DNA from: a virus
IMG/VR virus record: IMGVR_UViG_3300027985_001729
Span: 1 to 64,000 of that record
Strand: one strand, 5' to 3'
DNA length: 64,000 bases
The first letter of the stretch is position 1. Each line of letters opens with the position of its first letter. A program made the translations under genes and the position numbers. Shown here piece by piece: positions 48,040-57,666 of the stretch. Below the pieces are notes generated by a model, which saw only the letters and a program-made list of their open reading frames with translations, did no database searches and was not told the DNA's origin.

Positions 48040-48453
48040 TCAGGTGGGGGTCGACACAACGATGTCGACCTGGAGCAGTTCCCCGTCGGCGGCCGTGTGG
48101 ATGGCCTGCCCGAGCTGCTCCACGCCGACGCCTTTGGCCTTGACGCGGCCGAGCTTGCCGATGGTGTCCGAGACCTGCACGTACCCACCCGCGGTGATCG
48201 CGCCGTCGGCGGTAACCTCTGCCCTACCACGCCGCATGATGCTGCCGACCTTGCCAACGTAAATGGTCGTGCGCGTCACCCCTGCCGTCCCGGTGATGCC
48301 GCCACCAGCGGTGGGAAGCGTGATCCCGGGAGGCGTGTCGCCAGAGGCGGGGTTCGCAGGGTCGAAGATCACCGCGGTTCCGGCGGTGATGTCGGTCAAC
48401 CCTGTGTTTTTGACGGTCATGAGGTCCGTCAGCGTGTTCCCAGTCGTGTTCAT
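48040..48453 (-). CDS. Capsid cement/decoration protein (DUF2190-like)
   Basis: G.AEV.A.GAI.AG..V, G.A...AADGE. Confidence 0.7.
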   Translation of the reverse strand: MNTTGNTLTDLMTVKNTGLTDITAGTAVIFDPANPASGDTPPGITLPTAGGGITGTAGVTRTTIYVGKVGSIMRRGRAEVTADGAITAGGYVQVSDTIGKLGRVKAKGVGVEQLGQAIHTAADGELLQVDIVVSTPT

Positions 48454-48560
48454 GGAATGCTCCCGTCGCCGAGCAGGTCATGCCCACGCGGCTGAAAGAC
48501 TCTTGTTTTTGTTTGGAAAGGAGACAGGTGGGCGTGGAGAGATGAGCGGAGACCCCTGGA

Positions 48561-51500
48561 TCAGTTCAGGCCGTAGTCGGCCATCGTGGCGGTACCGCGC
48601 GCGATCTTGTACGCCGCGTTGGACGCATCACGCAGCGACAGCCCCTTTTCCTTCTCGAGTCGGTTGCTGAGCGCGACGACATCCACGTTATGCGTGGCCC
48701 CGAACCCGTTCGGCGCGTCCACGGGCTGGCGCATCGGCACGGTCCCATTTGCACCGTTGGCGCCGCCTTGGACACCCGACCGAGACTCGGTGTACCGCCG
48801 GAGCAGGTCGGCCTGATTCGCGGGGACGAGCGGGTACATCTTATCGAACTGCTCGGGATCGTTCTTCGCGATGACCAACATGCCGCGCTTGTCCTCGTCG
48901 GTCAGGCGCTTCACGTCCTTGTAGGTGAGGAAGGCGGTGTCGACCTTCCTCGCGAGATCCGACTCGTCGCGGAGCCGAATCTGCTCGGCGAGCTTCGCGT
49001 TCTCTGCCTTGGCATTGTCCGCAGCAACGCGCGCGTCCTTGAGCTGAAGCTCGAGCATGGCGTTGCGGTCCTCGGCGTCCTTGAGGCGCACCCCCATGGC
49101 GGCCTTGTCGTCGCCGAGACGCTTCACCTCGGCGTTGAGCTTGTCGTTGAGCGCCACGAGCGCGGCGGGGTCGGTGTCGGTCATGTTCACGTTGTTCGTC
49201 ATGGTCGTCGTGGCTCCGTTGTTGTCGCTGGAGTTGGCGTGGTATTCGTCTTCGTGATCGATGATCGCTTCGTCGATCATCTCCTCGATCGCGTCGAGCA
49301 GGTCGCCGAAGGTCATGTGCGCCGGGACATTCATCAGGGCGCGGAGGTCGGTCATGTACGGCTTGAGGTCGAAGCCGAGCGCCACCATATTTGGGTCGGC
49401 GTTTTCGGCGTGTTCACGCAGTCTTCCAACCTCAGCTTTGCACTCGGCGGCCGTGGCGGATTCGCCAAGCCTGAGAGCGCTTCGCAGGGCGGGAAAGAAG
49501 GTGTTCATGTTCGCGAGACGTTGATTGAGCATGCTGCCTCCAGGACGGTCCTTCGCCGCGACGGGCAGCATGCCGTCCAAAAACGGATTGTTGGTCAGGG
49601 CGCCGCTCGTCATGCGCGCCCCAATCGGCTGACCCGTCACGCGGTCCTTCGACCCGAACCTGATCGCCGGAGAGAAGAATCGATACTTGCCTTCTCGGAT
49701 GTAGGTGCGCGCGGGCTCCATCCACCGGACGAGCCCCCAGAGCCCATCTGCACCCCTGTTGTCGAGCTCGAGAATCCAGCCCTGCGCCGGAGCCCCCAGC
49801 ACCGGGATGGAGCCGTTCGCGCATGGCTCCTCGGTGGCGTGTTCAAAGTCGATCGGGATCCGCTGGTTGACTGTCTTGCGGAAGTTGTCGACGATCTGCT
49901 CGAAGATCCCAGGGTTGAGGTCGAATGGGCCAGCGGGATGACCCCGGAAAGTCCCCACCTTGGCGACCTGAATCCAGCGGGGCCCATCGTCCGTCTCGCC
50001 ATCGCTCGCCGCCATACCCTTCGCGCTGGCGAGAAGGCGCTCTGCTTCTTCGACGAGACCCTTGTCGCGGAGGGCTTTGACCTGCTCGTTCAGCTTGGTC
50101 TGGTCACATGCCGGAGCCTTCGCGGTTCCGAGGGTGAGCTCGACGCATTCGCCCATGAGGATGGGGTCCTCGCCATCCGCCATGGCGTGACGGATCTCGA
50201 AGCTTGGACCCCCAGGGAGACCAATGCGCATGTGCAGACCTCGAGGCCGAGGCCCCATAGGGCGCCCTTCGAACGGTGCACCCATGGCTCCTTCCTTCGC
50301 CTCGACCGGCTTCCCCTCGTGCTTGATGCCGAACTTCTTGTACGCCTTGAGGATGTTGCCCTTGACCCGGTCGTAGGTGGCCTTCGACATCGAGCTCTTG
50401 TTCTGCTCCAGGCGTGCCATCGCGTTGCGAGCGTGAGCTGCGTCGTGGATCGGGTAAGCCCTCTGCTCTGGCCACGCGAATGCGTTCTTGGGCAGCGCTT
50501 TGCGCTGCTTGGTCTTGAGCGGCGCCATGGTGCGCTTGCCCTGCCCCTGGTTATTTTGCTTGTCGGTCGGGAGAGCATTCAACCCAAGGGTGGCGAGCGA
50601 TCGCTGAACGGCGTTGTTGAGATCTGCTTCTGTGTTGCTCATGGTGACCCTGGTTGTTGCGAGGTCTGGACGGTCAAAGGAGGTCGGTGAGCGGGATAGG
50701 GTGGCGATGTCACGAGCGGGCCAGAACAACGACCGCCCGTCCTTCGCGACGAAGGCGATCCAATCCTTTTGAGGTGCCTCGATCCACCCGAGCCAACCAC
50801 CAACGTCATCGGGGTTCGCGTAGGTCCCGGAGAGCTCCGCGGAGAGGGCAGGGTGGTTCTCTGGCATCCCACCTGCGCGGCAGAGCACAGCCCAGCCGTG
50901 TACCGCGACAAAGCTCGACGAGGACTCTCGAGCGTGCATGACGTGGGCGGGCTCTCCACGGTCAGAGGCCTTCTTCTCGTCGGCGGCGTCCATCTGGCGC
51001 ACGAGCTTCTCCGACCACGCGCGTCCAGGATCACCGCCCCATAGCGCCCATGCGATGCGCCCGTTCGAGGGAAAGCCATCCTCAGCCGGAGACCACCCCT
51101 TGCCCTTCTTGTCCACCTCGTGGCGTGGGAAGTAGCGCGAGATGTGCCGTGCCTTGTCGGGGGAAACTCGAGGCGACCCGACCAGGGCACGAGCGGTGGC
51201 AACACCAACCTCGGTTCCTCCGCGCCCGTGCTCCTTCCGCCAGTCGAGGCCGCGCTTGGCTTCCTCAGCGACGCCCTTGGGAACGCTGAAGTCGATGTGG
51301 TCGTATCGACCATCGGCCAAGCGCCTGGCCTGCGAGGCGGCAAGGTAGTGGTCGTAGGCATCCAAGACCGCCTGCATGACGGAGGACCCAGATAGCCCGA
51401 CGGTGGTGACGCCTTCGGCGACTGATTTGATCGAGCACCGCCACGACATCGAAGAGCTAGGTCCCTGGCCGATGAGACGCCCATTCGCAGCGTGAGCCAT

Positions 51501-52349
51501 GGCCTGCTGGTCGAGGTCGAGGATGGCTCTCTCTGGCGCCCGCTCTGCACACGTCCGGTGCATGCGATAGAAAAGGCTGTACCCGCAGGCTGGACCTTCG
51601 ATCGCCATCAAGCTGACCGTGCGCACATCCGTCTCCGTCCACGGGACGCCACAGAGGGGGCACGTGTTGTTTGTCGGCTCGGTTGGATCCGAGTTGGGCC
51701 CCGTGAAGTAGCCGACGGACTCGGGTGGAAGTGTCGGACCACCAGACCATTCACCATGATCAGACATCGAGACGATCCCAGGATCGATGCCGAGCAGGGC
51801 CCGGATGAAGCCTACTGGGATGTCGATCATGTCCCCGAAGCGCTCCTGTGGGATGTGCGCGCAGTAGCAGGCCAGCGCGTCGACATCCGAGTCGAACCCG
51901 AGCATCACCTTGAGCTCGTCGAACGTCCCATCCTTCTTGAGCTGCTTGATGAGGTACGCCCGCTCGGCGCGCGGGTTCGGGCCCACGAATACGTCGAGCT
52001 CTTCACCGTCGCCGCCATCGGTCTTGCGGATGAACCCGTAGTCGACGAGGTAGGTGCGCGTGGCGACCACGTTGCCCGCGTCGTCGAGGAGCTCCTGCAC
52101 GAACCCTTTGGGGCGGTCGATGGCCACCTGAATCCCAGAGACTTCGACCACCTTGGCGATCTTCGCTGGCTTCTTCTTCGTCCGCGGGTCGGCGAGACAC
52201 ATCGGGATGTCGAGCATCGACATGGCAGCGCCTGCCGGGTAGACGGGCTTGACACGTTTTCCGCCTGGCTTCCGACGACCCCTCGAAACCTGGATAGGTC
52301 CTTCCACGTGGACGTCGGCGACGCCAAGGTCGAGAGATCGCGCTGTCAT
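48561..52349 (-). CDS. Multidomain Mu-I-like prohead protease/scaffold polyprotein with an N-terminal inorganic-pyrophosphatase-like domain
   Basis: DYGFI..T.GGDGEELDVFVG..FDELKVMLGF; IPIDFEHATE..APAQGWI..YRFFSPA..ALTNNPF; C-terminal coiled coil. Confidence 0.85.
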   Translation of the reverse strand: MTARSLDLGVADVHVEGPIQVSRGRRKPGGKRVKPVYPAGAAMSMLDIPMCLADPRTKKKPAKIAKVVEVSGIQVAIDRPKGFVQELLDDAGNVVATRTYLVDYGFIRKTDGGDGEELDVFVGPNPRAERAYLIKQLKKDGTFDELKVMLGFDSDVDALACYCAHIPQERFGDMIDIPVGFIRALLGIDPGIVSMSDHGEWSGGPTLPPESVGYFTGPNSDPTEPTNNTCPLCGVPWTETDVRTVSLMAIEGPACGYSLFYRMHRTCAERAPERAILDLDQQAMAHAANGRLIGQGPSSSMSWRCSIKSVAEGVTTVGLSGSSVMQAVLDAYDHYLAASQARRLADGRYDHIDFSVPKGVAEEAKRGLDWRKEHGRGGTEVGVATARALVGSPRVSPDKARHISRYFPRHEVDKKGKGWSPAEDGFPSNGRIAWALWGGDPGRAWSEKLVRQMDAADEKKASDRGEPAHVMHARESSSSFVAVHGWAVLCRAGGMPENHPALSAELSGTYANPDDVGGWLGWIEAPQKDWIAFVAKDGRSLFWPARDIATLSRSPTSFDRPDLATTRVTMSNTEADLNNAVQRSLATLGLNALPTDKQNNQGQGKRTMAPLKTKQRKALPKNAFAWPEQRAYPIHDAAHARNAMARLEQNKSSMSKATYDRVKGNILKAYKKFGIKHEGKPVEAKEGAMGAPFEGRPMGPRPRGLHMRIGLPGGPSFEIRHAMADGEDPILMGECVELTLGTAKAPACDQTKLNEQVKALRDKGLVEEAERLLASAKGMAASDGETDDGPRWIQVAKVGTFRGHPAGPFDLNPGIFEQIVDNFRKTVNQRIPIDFEHATEEPCANGSIPVLGAPAQGWILELDNRGADGLWGLVRWMEPARTYIREGKYRFFSPAIRFGSKDRVTGQPIGARMTSGALTNNPFLDGMLPVAAKDRPGGSMLNQRLANMNTFFPALRSALRLGESATAAECKAEVGRLREHAENADPNMVALGFDLKPYMTDLRALMNVPAHMTFGDLLDAIEEMIDEAIIDHEDEYHANSSDNNGATTTMTNNVNMTDTDPAALVALNDKLNAEVKRLGDDKAAMGVRLKDAEDRNAMLELQLKDARVAADNAKAENAKLAEQIRLRDESDLARKVDTAFLTYKDVKRLTDEDKRGMLVIAKNDPEQFDKMYPLVPANQADLLRRYTESRSGVQGGANGANGTVPMRQPVDAPNGFGATHNVDVVALSNRLEKEKGLSLRDASNAAYKIARGTATMADYGLN

Positions 52350-52359
52350 GGTGTCCTGC

Positions 52360-52728
52360 TCAGGGGATGTTGTGGCCAATGGCGATCGCTACCGCCCGAA
52401 CGACGGAGAGGAAGAGCGCATCTTTTGCGCGCTGCTCAGGAGGCAGCGATCGGTACGGGACCATGCACGGGTGGGTCTTCGCGGCGATGTCCTTGACCGC
52501 CCCATATGCCCACCCAGTGCGTTCTTTTTCAGCCAGCCACTCGGCGTGGCTCTGCTCTGGCGTGTTCCCAGCCAGAGCACCAGCGACACCCTTCCGCGCG
52601 CTCTCCTTCTGCCAGTCGGGGGCGTCGTCCCATGCCGGCTGCGAAGTGTCCCCGATCGCCAAGCAGTAGGCGCGGTTCGCCTCGTGCGCCGCTCGAGCGC
52701 AGGTCTCAATGACGGCCTGCGGCGTCAT
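52360..52728 (-). CDS. RyR-domain protein
   Basis: HAEWLAEK..GWAYG.VKD...KTHPCMVPY..LP.EQRAKD. Confidence 0.85.
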   Translation of the reverse strand: MTPQAVIETCARAAHEANRAYCLAIGDTSQPAWDDAPDWQKESARKGVAGALAGNTPEQSHAEWLAEKERTGWAYGAVKDIAAKTHPCMVPYRSLPPEQRAKDALFLSVVRAVAIAIGHNIP

Positions 52729-53372
52729 GCTGCGGTGGCGACCTCGTAGGTGATCACGTAGTCGTTGGTGCCGTTCGGCGCGGTGTTCGGCGTGTAACCG
52801 CCGTTCGGCGCATTGACCGTGGGGAGAGAGAAAGTGCCATCGGTCGCCGGCATGACCCCATTTACCTTCTCCCCCAGGTAGTGCGCGTACCCGGCTCGAG
52901 AGGCGATCGGGGACCCGAGCCCGATCACGTCGCCTGTGCCAACCGACATCGTTGCCCCCGTCCCATCGCCGGCCGTGAACGCGATCGAGGTGATGCTCGC
53001 GAAGCACTTCACTCCAGCCGCCACGGTCGCCGTCTGGGCCACAGTGATGGTCTCTGTGATCACCGACCCGTTGACGTCGTACCCAGTGACGACAGCCTCC
53101 GCCGGGGCATCCGCAGGCGTCAGACCCGCCGTGGTGATCGTGATGTTGCGTGGCGGGCTGATGGCGCCGTCGCCGATCGTCCCGTCGAGATCGGCCACGC
53201 CGTAAGTCACCGCAGTCACCTGGCTGGCCTGGGCGGTCAGGATCGCCACCGCATCAGCCGCGGCTACGTTCGCCATCTCGTCCACAGTACCCACCAGCAG
53301 GTCGGCCTGAAGGAGGTGCTTGGCGATCGAGTAGGGGTAGTTCGAGACGTTGGGGGAAAAGCGGGTCGTCAT
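52725..53372 (-). CDS. Virion structural/decoration protein
   Basis: PRNITIT..VTG.DVNG..ITETI..AGVKCFASIT; head-module position. Confidence 0.6.
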   Translation of the reverse strand: MTTRFSPNVSNYPYSIAKHLLQADLLVGTVDEMANVAAADAVAILTAQASQVTAVTYGVADLDGTIGDGAISPPRNITITTAGLTPADAPAEAVVTGYDVNGSVITETITVAQTATVAAGVKCFASITSIAFTAGDGTGATMSVGTGDVIGLGSPIASRAGYAHYLGEKVNGVMPATDGTFSLPTVNAPNGGYTPNTAPNGTNDYVITYEVATAA

Positions 53373-55108
53373 GGCAAGTCCTCATCCTTCGGCGGCTTCG
53401 CGCCTTTTCGTGTCTTCGCAGGCGGCGACGCGGGGACAGCCTTGCCGCCCTCCTCGCCCACATCCTCGTTTTGCTTCGATCTTTCTCCCTCACCAATGGG
53501 CGCCCCCGTCGCCGCAGGAGCAGGAGCCCCAACATCGACAGGCGTGGTTGGTGGCACAGGCTTGGCGAACTTTGCGATCAGCCCGGCCATGAACCCGGCG
53601 ACGTCGCTCTCCGTCATTCTGGCAAGAGCGCTCTTCATCGCGGGGGTAATGTTGAGCCCAACAGCCTCAGCCAGAGCGACGGCAAGGCTTTGGAAATCCG
53701 TCTCGCCGGATCGGCCATGCAGAGCCTCGAGCAGCATCAGCTCAGCAGGCTTGAGCGGGGCAACGCGGATGCTTTCTTCGTCCTTGGGGTTGACCAGCCG
53801 CAGGCCGAGCTCGCCAGCGAGCCATGCCCCATCTACCGGCAGGCCAATGCCCGCCGCATCGATCGCGCGCTTGAGGAGCGCTTCTGGGCTCACGTGCTCA
53901 ACGTGGACGATGATGTTGGGGCAGAGGTGCTCCTCGCCAGGAAAGTTCAGATGAGTGAGCCACCAGATGAGATCCGTCTTGATGGTGTCCGCGAAGTTGG
54001 CAGCGTCGTAGCGCGCATTGCGGATGCTCCCACGCTCGTGAACCTCACCAAGGCTTCGAGCCCCACGGTCGCCCGCATCGGTGGTGAGGGTGCCCCCGAG
54101 CACGGCCTTGCTCATCTCGTCGTTGCAAAGACGGATCAGCTCAGCGTGGTTCATCCCCCCGGACGAACCCTTCATCGCCGGGCCATCGAGCTCGACCTTT
54201 ATCGAGTCGGGCAGGGTGGCTCCGGCAAGAGCTCCCGACCCGAGCGCCTTCAGGGCAAGGTCGGCAGCGTCGATGTCCGGCTGCGTCGCGACGCGTGGGT
54301 TGGGGTTATTGGGGATCTTGGTGTTGTAGTAGGCGAGGGCCCAGGGCTTTGAAAACCGCTCGACGAACTGCGACGCCCCGCGCATGGCCATGTTTTTGAT
54401 GGCCATGTACCAGGCGATCTCTCTGCCAACGCCTTCGCGCGTCGTGTAGTTGCCTCGCACACCTGGCTCGAAGACGATGAACTTCCCTGGGTGATCGGCG
54501 ACGCTCAGCCCGAAGACGTTCATGGTCGGCTGCTCGGCCATCCCAAGCCCAGGCTGGACCATGCCCTGGTCCCAGATCCGCAAATCCCACCGCCCCTGGT
54601 CCGGGTAGGCAAGCCGTCGGCTGTGAATGAAACCGAACCCCGCCACGTGCCAGCCGTCGACATCGCGGGTCCAGTAGGTCTCTAGCGCGGTGATCCCGTA
54701 GAAGACGCCCCAGAGCAGACCGTAGAAGGCCTTCGTCTTCTTGGGGATCTCGTCCCACCTCTGCTGCACGACGTCGCGGATGTACGCCGCCCTTTGCGCC
54801 GCGTCTGCGTCTCCTTCGGGTGTCTTCGCTGCGACGATATCAACGCGCCCTCCAGCCACCGCCAGCACGCGCTGGGAGACGATGGCGAAGGCGTGCGGGT
54901 CCTTCTCGATGAGCTCGTCGAGAGCATCGACGTATTGCTGGCGGTACCCGCTCTGGCAGAGCCGGTAGACCGCCGACAGATATTGAAGGGTAAGGTTGGA
55001 CCCGAGGAGGGTCGGGTACCTATCGATGAGCGGGATCGGCGCCAGGACGCGCTCGCCAGCATTGTCGTTGCCGCTCTGCGCGACGAACGGGTTCTTTTTG
55101 CTGGCCAT
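53369..55108 (-). CDS. Portal protein (Mu gp29/DUF935-like)
   Basis: EKDPH, FVERFSKP, EMSKAVLGGTLT..ARSLGEVH. Confidence 0.9.
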   Translation of the reverse strand: MASKKNPFVAQSGNDNAGERVLAPIPLIDRYPTLLGSNLTLQYLSAVYRLCQSGYRQQYVDALDELIEKDPHAFAIVSQRVLAVAGGRVDIVAAKTPEGDADAAQRAAYIRDVVQQRWDEIPKKTKAFYGLLWGVFYGITALETYWTRDVDGWHVAGFGFIHSRRLAYPDQGRWDLRIWDQGMVQPGLGMAEQPTMNVFGLSVADHPGKFIVFEPGVRGNYTTREGVGREIAWYMAIKNMAMRGASQFVERFSKPWALAYYNTKIPNNPNPRVATQPDIDAADLALKALGSGALAGATLPDSIKVELDGPAMKGSSGGMNHAELIRLCNDEMSKAVLGGTLTTDAGDRGARSLGEVHERGSIRNARYDAANFADTIKTDLIWWLTHLNFPGEEHLCPNIIVHVEHVSPEALLKRAIDAAGIGLPVDGAWLAGELGLRLVNPKDEESIRVAPLKPAELMLLEALHGRSGETDFQSLAVALAEAVGLNITPAMKSALARMTESDVAGFMAGLIAKFAKPVPPTTPVDVGAPAPAATGAPIGEGERSKQNEDVGEEGGKAVPASPPAKTRKGAKPPKDEDLP

Positions 55109-55144
55109 GGAGGCAGGTTATCGACGGCCCGTTGGCCGCAGCCA

Positions 55145-55711
55145 TCAGCCCTGCGGCTGGGCCTGGCCCCGGTCGGACGCGAGGATGGGGGACACAGCGA
55201 ACTGATCGACGCAGCACGTGGACGCGATCAGCTTCCAGCCTTCCTTCTCCCCATCCACGAGGATGTTGTCGAGAATGACCGAGGTCTCCTTGTCCCCGAG
55301 CTCTTGGGCCATCGCACGTGTCGCGCGGAGGTGCGTCCTCCACTGCGCCATCCGGTCGATCAGGACCCTCGTGTGGTCGGCGGCAGAAACGAGCCCAGGC
55401 GGGTACGGGGCGAGCTTTGAATTGCAGAGGATGCCCTCGAGCGTGCTCTCCGAGAGCCACCCAAGCTGGGACACTCGCTCAGCCAGCGTGTCCGCAGCCC
55501 CGTCGAGAAATCCGTAGAGCTCACCGAACCGCTCGTGCATCTCCTCGAATGTAGGACCACGAACGTTGCGATGTGCGGTCTTCGCAGCGTGCGACAAAGC
55601 CTCCGTACAGGCGAGCGAGCCATTGAGCTCGGCGACGATGCGCATCTTCGTCTCGGCTGGCAGGGCGCAGAGAGACTTGAACAGCCTGGCAGGATCTTGT
55701 TCCAGAAGCAT
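55145..55711 (-). CDS. Dps/ferritin-like protein
   Basis: AHRNVRGPTF..MHE.F.E....D.LAERV.QLG, D..T.......EK..W. Confidence 0.8.
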   Translation of the reverse strand: MLLEQDPARLFKSLCALPAETKMRIVAELNGSLACTEALSHAAKTAHRNVRGPTFEEMHERFGELYGFLDGAADTLAERVSQLGWLSESTLEGILCNSKLAPYPPGLVSAADHTRVLIDRMAQWRTHLRATRAMAQELGDKETSVILDNILVDGEKEGWKLIASTCCVDQFAVSPILASDRGQAQPQG

Positions 55712-55840
55712 GGTCCGTGGGGGAGTTGTAGGGATGTGGGCGTCGCTCGGAGGCACGAGCGGAGGATATGGGAAAGGTATGATATTAAACGTCACCGAAA
55801 AGAGCAAAGTTTGCCGAATCGATGACTTTTTCAGCCTCGT

Positions 55841-56296
55841 TTATGGCTTGATCGATAGGCGGGGTGCGTTTGGGCATGATGGCCTGCCGCACACCTGCCA
55901 CGGAATATCGTTTCGCTGAACCCAGTCTCGTAGCGCTGTCGCATAAATCCAAGGTCGATTCGCGCGCATCCCGTGGACGGGTAGGCGGTCTCTCTTGGCC
56001 GTGGCGAGGTACCTCGTCCGACGCCTGTCGGTGTGCCCCAGCATGGCCGTGATCGCGTCCCACCCTTCTACCCGCGGCAGGTCGCTCGTCCTTGGATCTG
56101 CCTTGCGTCGCTCTTTCCAGTCGGTTGCATAATCGCTTCGAATCCACAGCGTGCCCCTCCCTTTGCCCCTGCCCAAGCGGACGCGGACGGGGAGAGGATC
56201 CTCCCCGAGTCGCGCGTAGAAATCGATCATGCTTTCCGAGCATCCAAGAAAGTGAGCGATCGCCTTTTGCCCAATGAGCTTTTGAACCTCGTTCAA
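55841..56296 (-). CDS. Tandem excisionase/HTH_17-like DNA-binding protein
   Basis: Two repeats of G..AI...LG......Y....D.LPV...W; TTG start overlaps the upstream stop. Confidence 0.55.
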   Translation of the reverse strand: MNEVQKLIGQKAIAHFLGCSESMIDFYARLGEDPLPVRVRLGRGKGRGTLWIRSDYATDWKERRKADPRTSDLPRVEGWDAITAMLGHTDRRRTRYLATAKRDRLPVHGMRANRPWIYATALRDWVQRNDIPWQVCGRPSCPNAPRLSIKP

Positions 56297-57666
56297 GAGA
56301 ACACCTCGAGCGGGTCGATGATCTCCACGTGTTCTTGCGTTGGCCGCTGACGAGCGGCTCCTGGCTTTTGCTGGCGCGGCTCGATGAGTCCTCGCTCGAG
56401 GAGAGCGGAGGTGATGGCCGCTCGAGCGCGCTTGAGCATGATCTTGGCCTCGCGCTCGGTAGCTGGGACGCCTTGATGCCCCATGCTTCGGAGGCGCTCG
56501 AGCGCCTCGGGGATGGTCATGCGCTCGAAGAATGGCTCCATGGTGCCGTTCTTCGCCCGACGAGCTGCTTTCCGCTGTGGAGCTCCCACGTCGCACAACC
56601 TCACGAGGTCAAGCTCCACAGCGGAAAGCGGGCGCCCCAAGTCTGTGACCACACCTCGAGCACTGACCATCCGCCCGACGCGGGCAGCCTCGATCGCTGC
56701 TCGCGCATCGAGCGATCTGAGGAGAGCCTCCTCGCCGCGCGCGGAAGAGGACCCGGAGCGAGATGGGGAGACAGCCATGCGCCCATCAAGCCGGACACCG
56801 CTCGGAAGTGAGTTCGTTGCGCGGGCGCTCGTCCTGAAGGTAGGCGCAACCCCGAGGAGCGCCTGGTCCACGCTGAAGGCTTTGTCGATAGCGGCGCGGT
56901 GTCCGGCGAATGAGGCACGCCTCCGCTTGGCTCCGCCGCAGACCCGGCACGTGCGCTCCTCCCCGACGTCATCGGAAAGAACGCCCTCCCCAGAGCATGC
57001 GGCGCAGTCCTTGTCTTCGTCGCGCATCTCGAAGGTGACCACGAGCTCGTCGCGCCCCTCGAGACGAACCATCAGGTTCCAGAGCATGCCAAGGAGGGTT
57101 CCAAGCAGGAGCCGCTCCGCATCCCCCTGCGGAAGGCTCCTGCCTCCCCTCGGTTTCACGATGGAGATGTCGCCACCGTTGAGGAAGCGGTAGATGTCCT
57201 CGACACGAGCGACACCACGGCTCTCGATGGTATCTCGAAGCGATGCGATCCGCTCGGTTCGCGCACGGATGTCGAGCTCAAGCTCGGCGTCCTGGTTTCT
57301 GGACCACAGGGCGATGCCGCCGCCATCGGGGAACGAGTTTCCAGCGGATGGGTCTCGCTCCCACAACGGACGTGGTGTCACGGGCGGGATCGTCGCTTCG
57401 CAGGCTGGGCAGTAGAGAGCGCCGTCCCCATGCCACACAGCCTTGGAGGACAGGCAGAACGGGCAGCGAGGTGGAGGGGATGTTTTTGGTGTGGAGCGTC
57501 GAAAAGTAGGGGAGGAGTCCCGCACGAAGCCTCCGGCCTGGACGAGACCCGCTCGTCCGTGGTAGGTATGCCGCGTACTCCTCGTGGGCGTGGGGTGCCG
57601 AGGGCTGGCGCGGACAAGGCGACCAGCCCTTCTTTTTCGCTCAACCCGTGGTGGGTACGGTTTCAT
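56293..57666 (-). CDS. Zn-finger protein, possible late activator/antiterminator (start uncertain)
   Basis: CPFC..CPAC and CAACSGEG..CRVCGG; lies upstream of the late genes. Confidence 0.5.
   Translation of the reverse strand: MKPYPPRVERKRRAGRLVRASPRHPTPTRSTRHTYHGRAGLVQAGGFVRDSSPTFRRSTPKTSPPPRCPFCLSSKAVWHGDGALYCPACEATIPPVTPRPLWERDPSAGNSFPDGGGIALWSRNQDAELELDIRARTERIASLRDTIESRGVARVEDIYRFLNGGDISIVKPRGGRSLPQGDAERLLLGTLLGMLWNLMVRLEGRDELVVTFEMRDEDKDCAACSGEGVLSDDVGEERTCRVCGGAKRRRASFAGHRAAIDKAFSVDQALLGVAPTFRTSARATNSLPSGVRLDGRMAVSPSRSGSSSARGEEALLRSLDARAAIEAARVGRMVSARGVVTDLGRPLSAVELDLVRLCDVGAPQRKAARRAKNGTMEPFFERMTIPEALERLRSMGHQGVPATEREAKIMLKRARAAITSALLERGLIEPRQQKPGAARQRPTQEHVEIIDPLEVFS

Noticed and set aside
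48690-50690. Long plus-strand ORFs (also 9161-10618, 46771-48027, 61145-62275)
   Set aside because: Antisense shadows of well-supported genes, common in high-GC DNA
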